From Candidatus Goldiibacteriota bacterium (GTDB lineage: Bacteria; Oederibacteriota; PGYV01; DSYL01), in assembly GCA_018000835.1 (NCBI GenBank), contig JAGNJD010000001.1, positions 5,275 through 69,274 of the forward strand: DNA of 64,000 nucleotides. The letters are read 5' to 3'. The notes under the pieces are model-generated. The model was given only the letters and a program-made list of their open reading frames with translations, did not search any database and was not told where the DNA came from. How positions within the stretch are numbered: position 1 is the first letter of the stretch; each line of letters starts with the position of its first letter. Of the stretch, positions 9,549 to 18,361 are shown piece by piece. The translations under genes and the position numbers were made by a program.

Positions 9549-10417
9549 TTTCTTGCTCTTGGATGTGCTTTATCATATTCTTTTTTTAATTTTTGTATTG
9601 AAAGATGTGTGTATATCTGCGTCGTGGACAAATTACTATGCCCAAGAAGTTCCTGGACGGAGCGTAAATCCGCGCCCCTGTCCAGAAGATGCGTTGCAAA
9701 GGAATGCCTCAGGGTATGCGGGGTTACCTTTTTTTTTATGTCGGCCATTTTTGCGTATTTTTTTATCATAAGTTCAACAAATCTCTGGGTTAATCTTTTT
9801 TTATTCCTGTTTATAAACAGCACCCCTGACGAATCTATCTTTTTAAGTTCTTTTAAATAACAGTGAAGAATATTTAAAGCAACGGTGCCGGCAGGCACTA
9901 TTCTTTCTTTCCCCCCTTTACCAAGAACTTTTATTTCTTCATTTACGAAATCAACGGCAGAAACGTTTAAGTTAACGAGTTCACTCACCCTTATCCCCGT
10001 TGAATAAATCAGTTCAAGTATAGTTCTGTCACGGAGAGAAATAAAATCTTTACCTGTTGCGGCTGACAATAAACTTTCCGTTTCTTTTTCTGTTAATACG
10101 CCCGGTAGCCGTTTTTCTGCCTTTGGAGTTAAAATGTATGAAAACGGATTTTTCTCTATCCTTTTTGTTTTTATTAAAAATTTATAAAAATTTCTTACTG
10201 CAACTATTTTACGTGCTATTGAATTTCTGCCGTATTTTTTTTTGCCGAGAAACTGAAGAAATCTTTTTATGTCGTCTTCCGTAACGTCAATTTTTTTATC
10301 GTTAAAATTTACAAATTGCTCTATGTCTTTTATGTAATTTTTTACGGTATTATTGGAGTAATTTTTTTCATAAGTAAGATATTTTTCGTAATCGCGGATT
10401 TCATTTATTTCATTCAT
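9545..10417 (-). CDS. xerC: Tyrosine recombinase XerC/XerD
   Basis: C-terminal HTLRHSFATHLL...LGHSNLSTTQIYTH with the catalytic Tyr. The track ORF extends to 10618, but the likely start is MNEINEI at ~10417, just after the topA stop. Whether it is xerC or xerD cannot be decided. Confidence 0.85.
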   Translation of the reverse strand: MNEINEIRDYEKYLTYEKNYSNNTVKNYIKDIEQFVNFNDKKIDVTEDDIKRFLQFLGKKKYGRNSIARKIVAVRNFYKFLIKTKRIEKNPFSYILTPKAEKRLPGVLTEKETESLLSAATGKDFISLRDRTILELIYSTGIRVSELVNLNVSAVDFVNEEIKVLGKGGKERIVPAGTVALNILHCYLKELKKIDSSGVLFINRNKKRLTQRFVELMIKKYAKMADIKKKVTPHTLRHSFATHLLDRGADLRSVQELLGHSNLSTTQIYTHLSIQKLKKEYDKAHPRARK

Positions 10418-12719
10418 TATCGTTTTCTTTTTCTTCCCTGTAATCACATTTTTTGCAATAAATCGTGGTTTTGCTTTTTGTAACTTTTTCCAGTAAAAAA
10501 TCAGCCCCGCATTTAGGGCATTTAACCGGCACGGGTTTATCCCATACCATAAACTTACATTTTGGATAATTTGAACAGCCGTAAAACTTTCTGTATCTTT
10601 TAAACGTCCTTTCCACAATTTTACCGGTCCCGCAATCGGGACAATTTATCCCTATCTCAACGAGTATCTGCCTGGTATATTTACACTGGGGATATTTACT
10701 GCACGCAATAAACGTGCCGTAAGGCCCCATTTTTTTAATCAATTCGTCTCCACATTCAGGACATTTTTCGCCTATTTTTTCGTCAAATGCAGGTCCGCCG
10801 TTTAATGGTTTTGCGTTCTTGCATTCCGGATATCTTTCACATGACAAAAATTTACCAAATCTTCCCCATTTTACTATCATCTTTGCACCGCATTTTTCAC
10901 ATACCTGTCCGGTATCTTCCTGGATGTTGTTCTTTAAATCGGTCATGTGGGATTCTGCGTTTTTTAACATTTGTTCAAATGAATCGTAAAATTCCTTTAA
11001 AAAATTATGCCATTCAACTTTTCCCTCCTCTATGTCATCAAGTGAATCCTCCATCTTTGCAGTATATTCTTCGTTTATCAAATCAGGAAAGGATTTAATA
11101 AGAACGTCGTTTACGACAAATCCGAGTTCAGTCGGAATAAATCCTCTTTTTTCTCTTGTTATGTATTTTCTCTCCAGAAGCGTTGCAATAATAGGTGCGT
11201 ATGTGGATGGTCTTCCTATGTCTTTTTCCTCCAGTGCCTTTACAAGCGTTGCGTCGTTATAAAGGGGCGGCGGTTGCGTAAATTTCTGCTCGCTTGATAC
11301 GTCAATCATGTCCAGTTTATCTCCCTGAAAAACGTCGGGTAATTGCTGGTTTTCCTCTGCGTCTTCTTTTTCATTGCCATTATCAGTAGATTCGTTGTCA
11401 GTGGGTTTGTTAATTTCAGAATAAATTTCATAAACCCGCAAAAATCCGTCAAACTTTAAAACGGAACCTGTAGCAGAAAGCATATATGGACCCGCAGATA
11501 CCTTTATTTTTGTATCGTCAAATACTGCAGGAGTCATCTGGGATGCAACAAACCTTTTCCATATTAATGAATATAATTTATACTGGTCGTTATCAAGGCT
11601 GTCTTTTATCTTTTCCGGAGTCCTGAAAGCGGAAGTCGGTCTTATTGCTTCATGGGCATCCTGGGCTGATTTTTTTGACTTATAAAAATTAGGCCGTTCA
11701 GGCGCATATCGTTCCCCGTAATTCTGCCTGATATATTTTAGTACTTCCGTTTGTGCTTCATTTGAAACGCGTAAAGAATCTGTTCTCATATACGTAATCA
11801 AACCGACCTGGCCTTCACCCTTTACGTTTATGCCTTCATAAAGCTGCTGGGCTATCTTCATCGTTTTTAATGCCGTAAAATGCAATTTCCTTGCTGCATC
11901 CTGCTGAAGCGTGGACGTTATAAACGGCGGCAGAGGCCTTCTTTTTCTTTCTTTTTTTATTACTTCCGAAACAACGTAACTCTGGTTTCTTAAATCATTT
12001 ACGACGGTTTCTGCTTCCTGCCGGTTTTTTATTTCAACTTTGTTTCCATCCTTTTCTATCAGTTTTACCTTGAATTTTTCCTGTTTCTGCGTCTGCAAAA
12101 TTACAAAAACGTTCCAGTATTCAACCGGTTTAAAAGCATCTATTTCTCTCTGACGTTCAACTATTAATTTGAGCGCAACCGACTGGACGCGGCCCGCAGA
12201 TAGTCCTTTTCTTATTGCCTTCCATAAAAGCGGACTTATTTTATATCCAACCAGCCGGTCAAGAATCCTCCTTGCCTGCTGTGAGTTGACAAGATTTACG
12301 TTTATCTGTCCCGGATTGGAAAGACCGTTTAAAACCGCGGTCTGTGTTATTTCATTGAATAAAACCCTGTGAAATTTTTTCTGCCCTATGTTTTTCGTTT
12401 TTCCGATTTCTTCCGCAATGTGCCAGCAGATTGCCTCTCCTTCCCTGTCCGGGTCTGCTGCCAGATAAACTTCGTCAACTTTTTTAATCGCCTTTTTTAA
12501 TTCTGACAGGGTTTTCATCTTATCCCGTAAAACTATATACGTCGGTTCAAAATTATTGGCAACATCAACTCCCAGTTTTGATTTTGGCAAATCAATTATG
12601 TGTCCCTTTGTTGCCATAACTTCATATTTATTGTCCACAAATTTTTTTATCGTTTTTACCTTTGTCGGGGATTCCACCAGTATTAATTTTTTACCGCTGT
12701 GTTCCTTTGTTTTTGCCAC
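10410..12719 (-). CDS. topA: DNA topoisomerase I
   Basis: 769 aa with a Toprim N-terminus, the conserved topo IA core (TYMRTDS), and C-terminal CxxC zinc-ribbon repeats. GTG start. Confidence 0.95.
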   Translation of the reverse strand: MAKTKEHSGKKLILVESPTKVKTIKKFVDNKYEVMATKGHIIDLPKSKLGVDVANNFEPTYIVLRDKMKTLSELKKAIKKVDEVYLAADPDREGEAICWHIAEEIGKTKNIGQKKFHRVLFNEITQTAVLNGLSNPGQINVNLVNSQQARRILDRLVGYKISPLLWKAIRKGLSAGRVQSVALKLIVERQREIDAFKPVEYWNVFVILQTQKQEKFKVKLIEKDGNKVEIKNRQEAETVVNDLRNQSYVVSEVIKKERKRRPLPPFITSTLQQDAARKLHFTALKTMKIAQQLYEGINVKGEGQVGLITYMRTDSLRVSNEAQTEVLKYIRQNYGERYAPERPNFYKSKKSAQDAHEAIRPTSAFRTPEKIKDSLDNDQYKLYSLIWKRFVASQMTPAVFDDTKIKVSAGPYMLSATGSVLKFDGFLRVYEIYSEINKPTDNESTDNGNEKEDAEENQQLPDVFQGDKLDMIDVSSEQKFTQPPPLYNDATLVKALEEKDIGRPSTYAPIIATLLERKYITREKRGFIPTELGFVVNDVLIKSFPDLINEEYTAKMEDSLDDIEEGKVEWHNFLKEFYDSFEQMLKNAESHMTDLKNNIQEDTGQVCEKCGAKMIVKWGRFGKFLSCERYPECKNAKPLNGGPAFDEKIGEKCPECGDELIKKMGPYGTFIACSKYPQCKYTRQILVEIGINCPDCGTGKIVERTFKRYRKFYGCSNYPKCKFMVWDKPVPVKCPKCGADFLLEKVTKSKTTIYCKKCDYREEKENDNE

Positions 12720-12771
12720 TTTATCTCCTATTTATATAATCTGTGACATTTGTTTTGATTTGAAACTTATG

Positions 12772-13917
12772 TTATATTACCTTTTCAAAAAACTTTCCGC
12801 TGTATTGTTTTACAATTCCTTTTAATTCAAGTCCGAACAAAATTGCCGATAATTTATTAATATCTATATTACTTTCAACCAGAATATTGTCAATATGTTT
12901 TTTTTCAGATTTTGACAGTATGTTTAAAATCCTCGTTTCTTCTTCTGAAAAAATCCCATCCAGAATTTTTTGTTCCATTGCTTTTACGTTAATTTTGTCG
13001 GCGGCGTCATATTCCTCCAGAATGTCATTCAACGAAGTAACCGGTTTTGCTCCCTGTTTTATCAAATTATTCGTGCCCATGGATTTGTCTGAAAAAATAC
13101 TGCCCGGCACAGCAAATACGTCCCTGCCCTGTTCAAGTGCACAATCGGCAGTAATTAATGCACCGCTTTTTTCTCCTGCCTCAACTATCAGGACGCCTTT
13201 TGATAGTCCGGATATAACCCTGTTTCTTCTAGGAAAATTCTGGCGAAGTCCAATCATTGCAAGCGGGAACTCGGAAAGCAGGCACCCGTTTTTAATAATT
13301 TCTCTTCCGATGTAATGACTCTCAAACGGATAAACGAGATTCAGCCCATAACCAAGAACCGCAACGTTAAAAATGCCTGCCTGTGACGACTCGTAGTGTG
13401 CAATAACGTCCACCCCGCGTGCCATGCCACTTATGATGCAAAACAAATCTGTTTTGCCTGCCATTTCTTTTATGAGTCTCCTGACGACTTTTTCTGCATA
13501 ATCGTCCGGTATCCTCGTGCCAACAATACCGAGATAATATTTTACCGGCGGTATGTCTTTCCCGTATTTATACAGGACGGGCGGCGGGTCATAAATTTCC
13601 TTTAAAAGAACCGGATATTTTTCATCGTATATCGTAATTATTTCTATGTTTTTTTCCCTGCATTCCTTTATTTCAGCCGCTGCCCTGTTAAAATCAAATT
13701 GTTTTATATAAGTTGCAATCGCATCGCCAATGCCGTCAATGTCGCTTAATTCGTTAAAATCTGCGTTAAATACGTCGGTTATTTTTTTGAATTTCCCGAT
13801 AAGACGGTTTATTTTAACGCTACCTAATCCGTCTATCATGTTTAAAGCGACCAATGCCTGCTTTTCGTCCATACCAGCCCCTCTATATTTTAAAATTTTC
13901 GTGTATGATATAAACAT
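12772..13917 (-). CDS. dprA: DNA processing protein DprA (Smf)
   Basis: 381 aa with a Rossmann-like DprA core (GMARGVD...HYESSQAGIFNVAVLGYGL) and a C-terminal winged-helix-like tail. dprA-topA synteny is classical. The start could alternatively be MDEK at ~13872. Confidence 0.85.
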   Translation of the reverse strand: MFISYTKILKYRGAGMDEKQALVALNMIDGLGSVKINRLIGKFKKITDVFNADFNELSDIDGIGDAIATYIKQFDFNRAAAEIKECREKNIEIITIYDEKYPVLLKEIYDPPPVLYKYGKDIPPVKYYLGIVGTRIPDDYAEKVVRRLIKEMAGKTDLFCIISGMARGVDVIAHYESSQAGIFNVAVLGYGLNLVYPFESHYIGREIIKNGCLLSEFPLAMIGLRQNFPRRNRVISGLSKGVLIVEAGEKSGALITADCALEQGRDVFAVPGSIFSDKSMGTNNLIKQGAKPVTSLNDILEEYDAADKINVKAMEQKILDGIFSEEETRILNILSKSEKKHIDNILVESNIDINKLSAILFGLELKGIVKQYSGKFFEKVI

Positions 13918-14195
13918 AATGAAAATATGTCAATAATTATTTTAATCCGCAGGAAGCCAAAAATCACGGTCGCCCCTCTATATAGTTGCGTCTTAAAACT
14001 TCCCCTCACAAAGAAAAGTGGGCAGTGTCATTGCGATAGTACAGAATGGTTAAGTAAGACAGACGTTATCATGACGGATGGGGTGGAACGAAGCAATCTC
14101 GCAGTTAAAAGACGATTGCATGCGGAAGAAACGCAGAGACGAGTTTATAACCCGTCTCTACGAAATAAAATAATATATCTTTCCGTGTATTCTTA

Positions 14196-14767
14196 TTATC
14201 CCCCTTAGAAAAAGGGGGAAAGAGGGGGATTTGTCTTTTTCTTTTTTCTCCTTTGTAAAGTGTAACCAAAGGAGGATTTGAAAGAAATAAAATCTCCCCT
14301 ATCCCCTCTTTTCCAAAGAGGGGAAATTGAAGGAATAAATCTCCCCTGTCCCCTCTTTTTCAAAGAGGGGAAATCACTTTGCTTATCTTCCCCCTTTGAA
14401 AAAGGGGGATGAAGGGGGATTTGTCTTCATGTTCTTTCCCCCCTTTAGTAATGCACGTCGCAAGGTAAGATAACAAGATTGTAGAGACACAGCTTGCTGT
14501 GTCTCAAAGATAAGCAAGGCGGATATTCAAACGGTGTGCCACGCGACCAGCGCAGGATAAACCGCTGTTTTGTTTTCATAACCATTTGCGAAATATTATA
14601 CGGTTTGCCTTGCATTCAGAGACAGAGCAAGCTCTGTCTCTACATGTTTAAAACAATGGGTGGGAACGATACGATTCAATAAAATCTCCCCTATCCCCTC
14701 TTTTCCAAAGAGGGGAAATTACTTTACTTATCTTCCCCTTAGAAATGGGGGACGGAGTGAGATTTTG
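14196..14767. repeat. Array of six GC-rich ~38-bp palindromic units in both orientations, plus a ~160-bp long inverted repeat
   Basis: Unit form A, TTCCCCCTTTGAAAAAGGGGGATGAAGGGGGATTTG, occurs at about 14196, 14388 and 14723. Unit form B, AAATCTCCCCTATCCCCTCTTTTCCAAAGAGGGGAAAT, occurs at about 14289, 14335 and 14681. B is roughly the reverse complement of A. A central inverted repeat GTAGAGACACAGCTTGCTGTGTCTC (14481-14505) / GAGACAGAGCAAGCTCTGTCTCTAC (14617-14643) flanks ~110 bp. Confidence 0.8.
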
Positions 14768-14895
14768 ATAAAATAAAACCCAGATTGCTTCGCTACGCCC
14801 GTAATGACCGTGACAATTGTAAAAATTGCAACTATATCCCGGGTAATTTTAGCAGACAGCAATAGGCGGCATGCAGGTCTCCTCCCGACCATAAA

Positions 14896-14940
14896 AACAA
14901 AAAAACCCTGACTGGTTTTCCCAGCCAGGGCTTTTTTTAT
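14896..14940 (-). terminator. Rho-independent terminator (bidirectional hairpin) downstream of the 14953..16275 gene
   Basis: CCCTGACTGG/CCAGCCAGGG stem flanked by an A-run and a T-run. Read on the minus strand it is a hairpin followed by TTTTTTT. Confidence 0.6.
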
Positions 14941-14952
14941 TATTAAACTAAA

Positions 14953-16275
14953 TTACCATACGTATTTTACTGCAATTTTTGAATTAAGCGATGTTGGATC
15001 TCCACCAATAAAATCCGGTCCTTTTAAAAGAATGTCCTGACTTACGAGGACATCAAACGTAAATGAACCGACCGTTGCTGATGCGCCAAGCGAAACCGTA
15101 GTATTATTAGTTGAATCTGAACCTGATGATTCTTCAGCAACAGGGTCTGTGTCAAGATTTTTTGTCGTGGTTGATGCTATTGAAAGCAATGGCTGTGATA
15201 TTCCGCCCCTGATTGAAAACGTATCGTTTAACTTTGCTTCTGCACCTAAATCAGCAAAAAGATAAATTGTTGAAGTGCTTTCCTCTGTCCCTTTTGCTTC
15301 AGTGCCTGTTATAACATCTTTACTTTTACCAGTTGTGCTCGAATCTAAACTATATCCGGCCATAACTCCGCAAATTGCTTTTGCTGTTTGTGCCTTGATT
15401 TCCTTTGAAATGCCAAGATTAACTGTAATATTGGAGGAATCACCTGTATTTTCACTATTGCTATCTGCTGCATTGTCAAATTTTCCATCACCATTGTTAT
15501 CTGCTTTAGTAGTAAATTTTGAACTGCCTGAATTATAACCAAAACCTAAACTTGCAAGAAGTGCTTCACCAAGATTAATTCTTCCAAGTAAGTCCAATCC
15601 AAAACCGCCAATGTCAAGAGTATCTTCTCTATATGCCTGGCTTGAACCACCAACATAAGCCTGTTCGTCCAGATCAATGTAAATTGAAGGAAGTGCTAAT
15701 TTTAGTCCGACGTCTATTGAACCCATTGTCAATCCTAACAAAGCGTTTATTTCTCTTGCTGTTGAAGAATATACGTCTTTTGCTGAATCTGGCGTTTTGT
15801 TTTCCCAACCAGCTCCGCTTGATACATAACCAAGTCCTATACCAATTGACATGTCTGACAAATCAATTGCATACAATAAATTTACAGGAGCCGATGCTTG
15901 AGCAGAGGCAATTAAATTATTTTTAACGTTATTCACATTCAGTCCGTTTACTGATGCATTATTAGAAATAGCGGGGATGTCTCCAAGAATGCTGCCTAAC
16001 AAAATCGTATTTTTTCCGACAAATACGCCCAAACTCATTCCATCCAGGCCAAGCGTTACTCCGCCAACTCCAGTGTTTGCCGTCGTTTGCTCAATGACTG
16101 CGATGTTTTTGTAATTTGACAGTTGCCCGGCAAAATCAAAAACAATAGCATTATCATCAAGTGTCTGCCATGTTTCTACTCCAAGTCCTTCTACTCTAGT
16201 TTCTGTTGCAAAAGCAAGTCCTGCAAAAAACATACTTACCACCAACAACGTTAAAACTTTTTTCATAAAGTCCAT
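14953..16275 (-). CDS. Putative outer-membrane beta-barrel protein; paralog of 16599..18002
   Basis: Signal peptide. Gly/Ser/Asn-rich. Ends KYVW with an aromatic C-terminus. The N-terminal region TETRVEGLGVETWQT...NYKN parallels TDARINGLGVPAWMV...NYKN of the neighbouring gene. Confidence 0.5.
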   Translation of the reverse strand: MDFMKKVLTLLVVSMFFAGLAFATETRVEGLGVETWQTLDDNAIVFDFAGQLSNYKNIAVIEQTTANTGVGGVTLGLDGMSLGVFVGKNTILLGSILGDIPAISNNASVNGLNVNNVKNNLIASAQASAPVNLLYAIDLSDMSIGIGLGYVSSGAGWENKTPDSAKDVYSSTAREINALLGLTMGSIDVGLKLALPSIYIDLDEQAYVGGSSQAYREDTLDIGGFGLDLLGRINLGEALLASLGFGYNSGSSKFTTKADNNGDGKFDNAADSNSENTGDSSNITVNLGISKEIKAQTAKAICGVMAGYSLDSSTTGKSKDVITGTEAKGTEESTSTIYLFADLGAEAKLNDTFSIRGGISQPLLSIASTTTKNLDTDPVAEESSGSDSTNNTTVSLGASATVGSFTFDVLVSQDILLKGPDFIGGDPTSLNSKIAVKYVW

Positions 16276-16535
16276 ACCTCCTTTAAAGATTTGGAATTAA
16301 AATTTCAAAGTTTTGTCCTGCTTTTTTACACCCCCTTTCCTGGTGTAATTTTAATTACAACTATAATATGGTTTTATTATTGTAAAGGAACTTTTGATAA
16401 ATTTTTTAATTTAATATAAATTTAACATAATAATTATTATTTGTCAACATTTTTTATAAATTTTTATTTATTTGGTCGCACAAATACGTTTTCCAATGCG
16501 CAACAATTATTTCCATTCAAAAAACTATTAATCAC

Positions 16536-16582
16536 ATAAAAAAAGGGTTTCTACCGCCTTATGATAGCAGCAGAAACCCTTA
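16536..16582 (-). terminator. Rho-independent terminator downstream of 16599..18002
   Basis: GGGTTTCT...AGAAACCC hairpin. On the minus strand it is followed by a T-run. Confidence 0.6.
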
Positions 16583-16598
16583 AAATTTTTAGTTTATC

Positions 16599-18002
16599 TT
16601 AAAATGCATATTTGGCGGAAATCTGTGAGGAAAGTCCACCTGGGAATTTGATATTGATATCTCCCAATGCAGGAACGTTCTGAACGTTGATGCCGCCAGT
16701 AAGAGTTGCATCTATTGTTGCACCGCCTATATTAACTGAAAATCCGCCTGTAAGTTCTACTGAATCCGTTTTGTTTATGTTAAACGTTTGTTTGTTCTGC
16801 GGATCAACTTTAGAACCGCCTGAAATTTTTCTTTCTTCTGTAATTGACAATGAATTTATTATTTTTTTGCTTATGCCTGCACGGATATTCAAGGCATCGG
16901 AAATTTTTCCTTCGGCTGCAAGGTAAATAGGTATAGAAAGTGAATTGAATCCTATTTCTTCTTCCGTCCATACGTCACTACTGACATTTGGTTGTTTATA
17001 CTGGGAATTTCCAAGTTTGGAAGAATAATTAACTGCTACTCCGGGATAAAGTTTCGCATTACCCACTTCAAATACGGCTGAAACTCCGCCGCCAACCGAC
17101 ATGCCGTTAACTTTGTCCAGCGAACGCTCATTAGTATCAATACCAGAATCTTCATAATCTTTATCCGAATTGCCGTCGTATAGTTGTATGTCTTCTGTTT
17201 CGAGAGAATTCATAGCAAAAGAAACGCCTATTACCAGCGGAGTTATATTAACCCTGGCGTTTGCGCCAATTTCCATTCCGGATTTTGATTTAAGCGTCTC
17301 TTCTCTATATGGTGCATCCAAAGTACCATCTATATCCTTGCCTTTGTTGTCAACCATCGGCAATCCAAACGTAATGCCTACGTCAAGAATCGGCATTGAT
17401 AAACCCGCACCAATTTCAATTGACATGACGCTCGTTGAATAATCCATAGTATCTGCCGTGTCAATTGTTGATTCTGTTTTAAACGAACCTGTTTTATCCG
17501 CAAGTCCAACGCTGAAACCAATAGACATGTTATCAAGTCCGAGCCCATAAATTATGCCATACGTCCTATGTGGCACATCAACATAACCCGGATTAATAAT
17601 ATCTCCTGAAGCGCCCAAAAATGTTTCTTCAAGATTTCCCGTTAAGTTGTGCATATTGGATTTTAATACGCCATTGTAAGGATTTGCAAAAATTCCAAGA
17701 ACATTACCACCTAAATCTAAATTGGCATACCCACCGCCGTATGAAATTGCTTTTGAAACAATCTGTAATGGATCCGAGCCAAATATCATTATATCAAACA
17801 CGTCCAGGTTAATTTCGGTAGTTGAATTAATCCCTATCACGTTCTTGTAATTAACTACCTGTCCTTGAAAAATCCGCACTAATGAGTCATCTGACTGAAC
17901 CATCCACGCCGGCACGCCGAGGCCGTTTATCCTGGCATCGGTAGCAAATACCGGCAAAACAAAAAAAGCCAAAACAATTACAACTGTAAAAAGTTTCTTC
18001 AT
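16599..18002 (-). CDS. Putative outer-membrane beta-barrel protein; paralog of 14953..16275
   Basis: Signal peptide MKKLFTVVIVLAFFVLPVFA. Ends KYAF. The N-terminus is similar to the downstream paralog. Confidence 0.5.
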   Translation of the reverse strand: MKKLFTVVIVLAFFVLPVFATDARINGLGVPAWMVQSDDSLVRIFQGQVVNYKNVIGINSTTEINLDVFDIMIFGSDPLQIVSKAISYGGGYANLDLGGNVLGIFANPYNGVLKSNMHNLTGNLEETFLGASGDIINPGYVDVPHRTYGIIYGLGLDNMSIGFSVGLADKTGSFKTESTIDTADTMDYSTSVMSIEIGAGLSMPILDVGITFGLPMVDNKGKDIDGTLDAPYREETLKSKSGMEIGANARVNITPLVIGVSFAMNSLETEDIQLYDGNSDKDYEDSGIDTNERSLDKVNGMSVGGGVSAVFEVGNAKLYPGVAVNYSSKLGNSQYKQPNVSSDVWTEEEIGFNSLSIPIYLAAEGKISDALNIRAGISKKIINSLSITEERKISGGSKVDPQNKQTFNINKTDSVELTGGFSVNIGGATIDATLTGGINVQNVPALGDINIKFPGGLSSQISAKYAF

Positions 18003-18123
18003 GCTCTTCCTCCTTTTCTTTGATTTTTTAAATCATATTATGGATATATATATCATATAATCTACTACAAGTCAAATATTAAATTATAAAATTCTCAGTG
18101 CATCAGGATTACCGGAAATAAAA

Positions 18124-18349
18124 GTGGGACCCCCTCGGGCTAAAGCCCGAGGCTCCCACAAAAAATTCAATCAACTTCGTTGATTGACCAAGGGAGCTGC
18201 GGAATACCAGTGATATTCCGCAGCTCCCTTGGAACCCTCTTGGCAAAGTAGATAAAACATTTTTAATGTGTGCATTCATAAAATATCTCACTGAGATATT
18301 TTATTCCCCAAACTGAAGTTTGGGGTTTTCTGAATGCTGTTCCAATAAA
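18124..18349 (+). repeat. Copy 2 of the ~210-bp multi-hairpin repeat element; intact stems plus a terminator-like hairpin
   Basis: Perfect 19-bp stem CCAAGGGAGCTGCGGAATA/TATTCCGCAGCTCCCTTGG and the other hairpins as in copy 1. An extra CCCCAAACT/AGTTTGGGG hairpin followed by TTTTC at ~18306-18330 is a plus-oriented intrinsic-terminator shape. Confidence 0.8.
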
Positions 18350-18361
18350 ATTATTACTTTG

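Noticed and set aside
9545-10618. Long form of the recombinase ORF overlapping topA by ~200 nt
   Set aside because: The conserved recombinase N-terminus begins at the internal Met (MNEINEI) right after the topA stop. The upstream extension has no homology features.
14196-14767. CRISPR array interpretation of the GC-rich repeat cluster
   Set aside because: The units occur in both orientations, the spacing is irregular (0-50 bp), there are no unique spacer-like segments of constant length, and there are no cas genes. A palindromic REP/MITE-like or operator array fits better.
18109-18291. 60-69-aa minus-strand ORFs inside both copies of the hairpin repeat (3283..3492 and 18109..18291)
   Set aside because: They are shared only because the DNA repeat is shared. 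The frames are not conserved across the mismatched positions and have no RBS.
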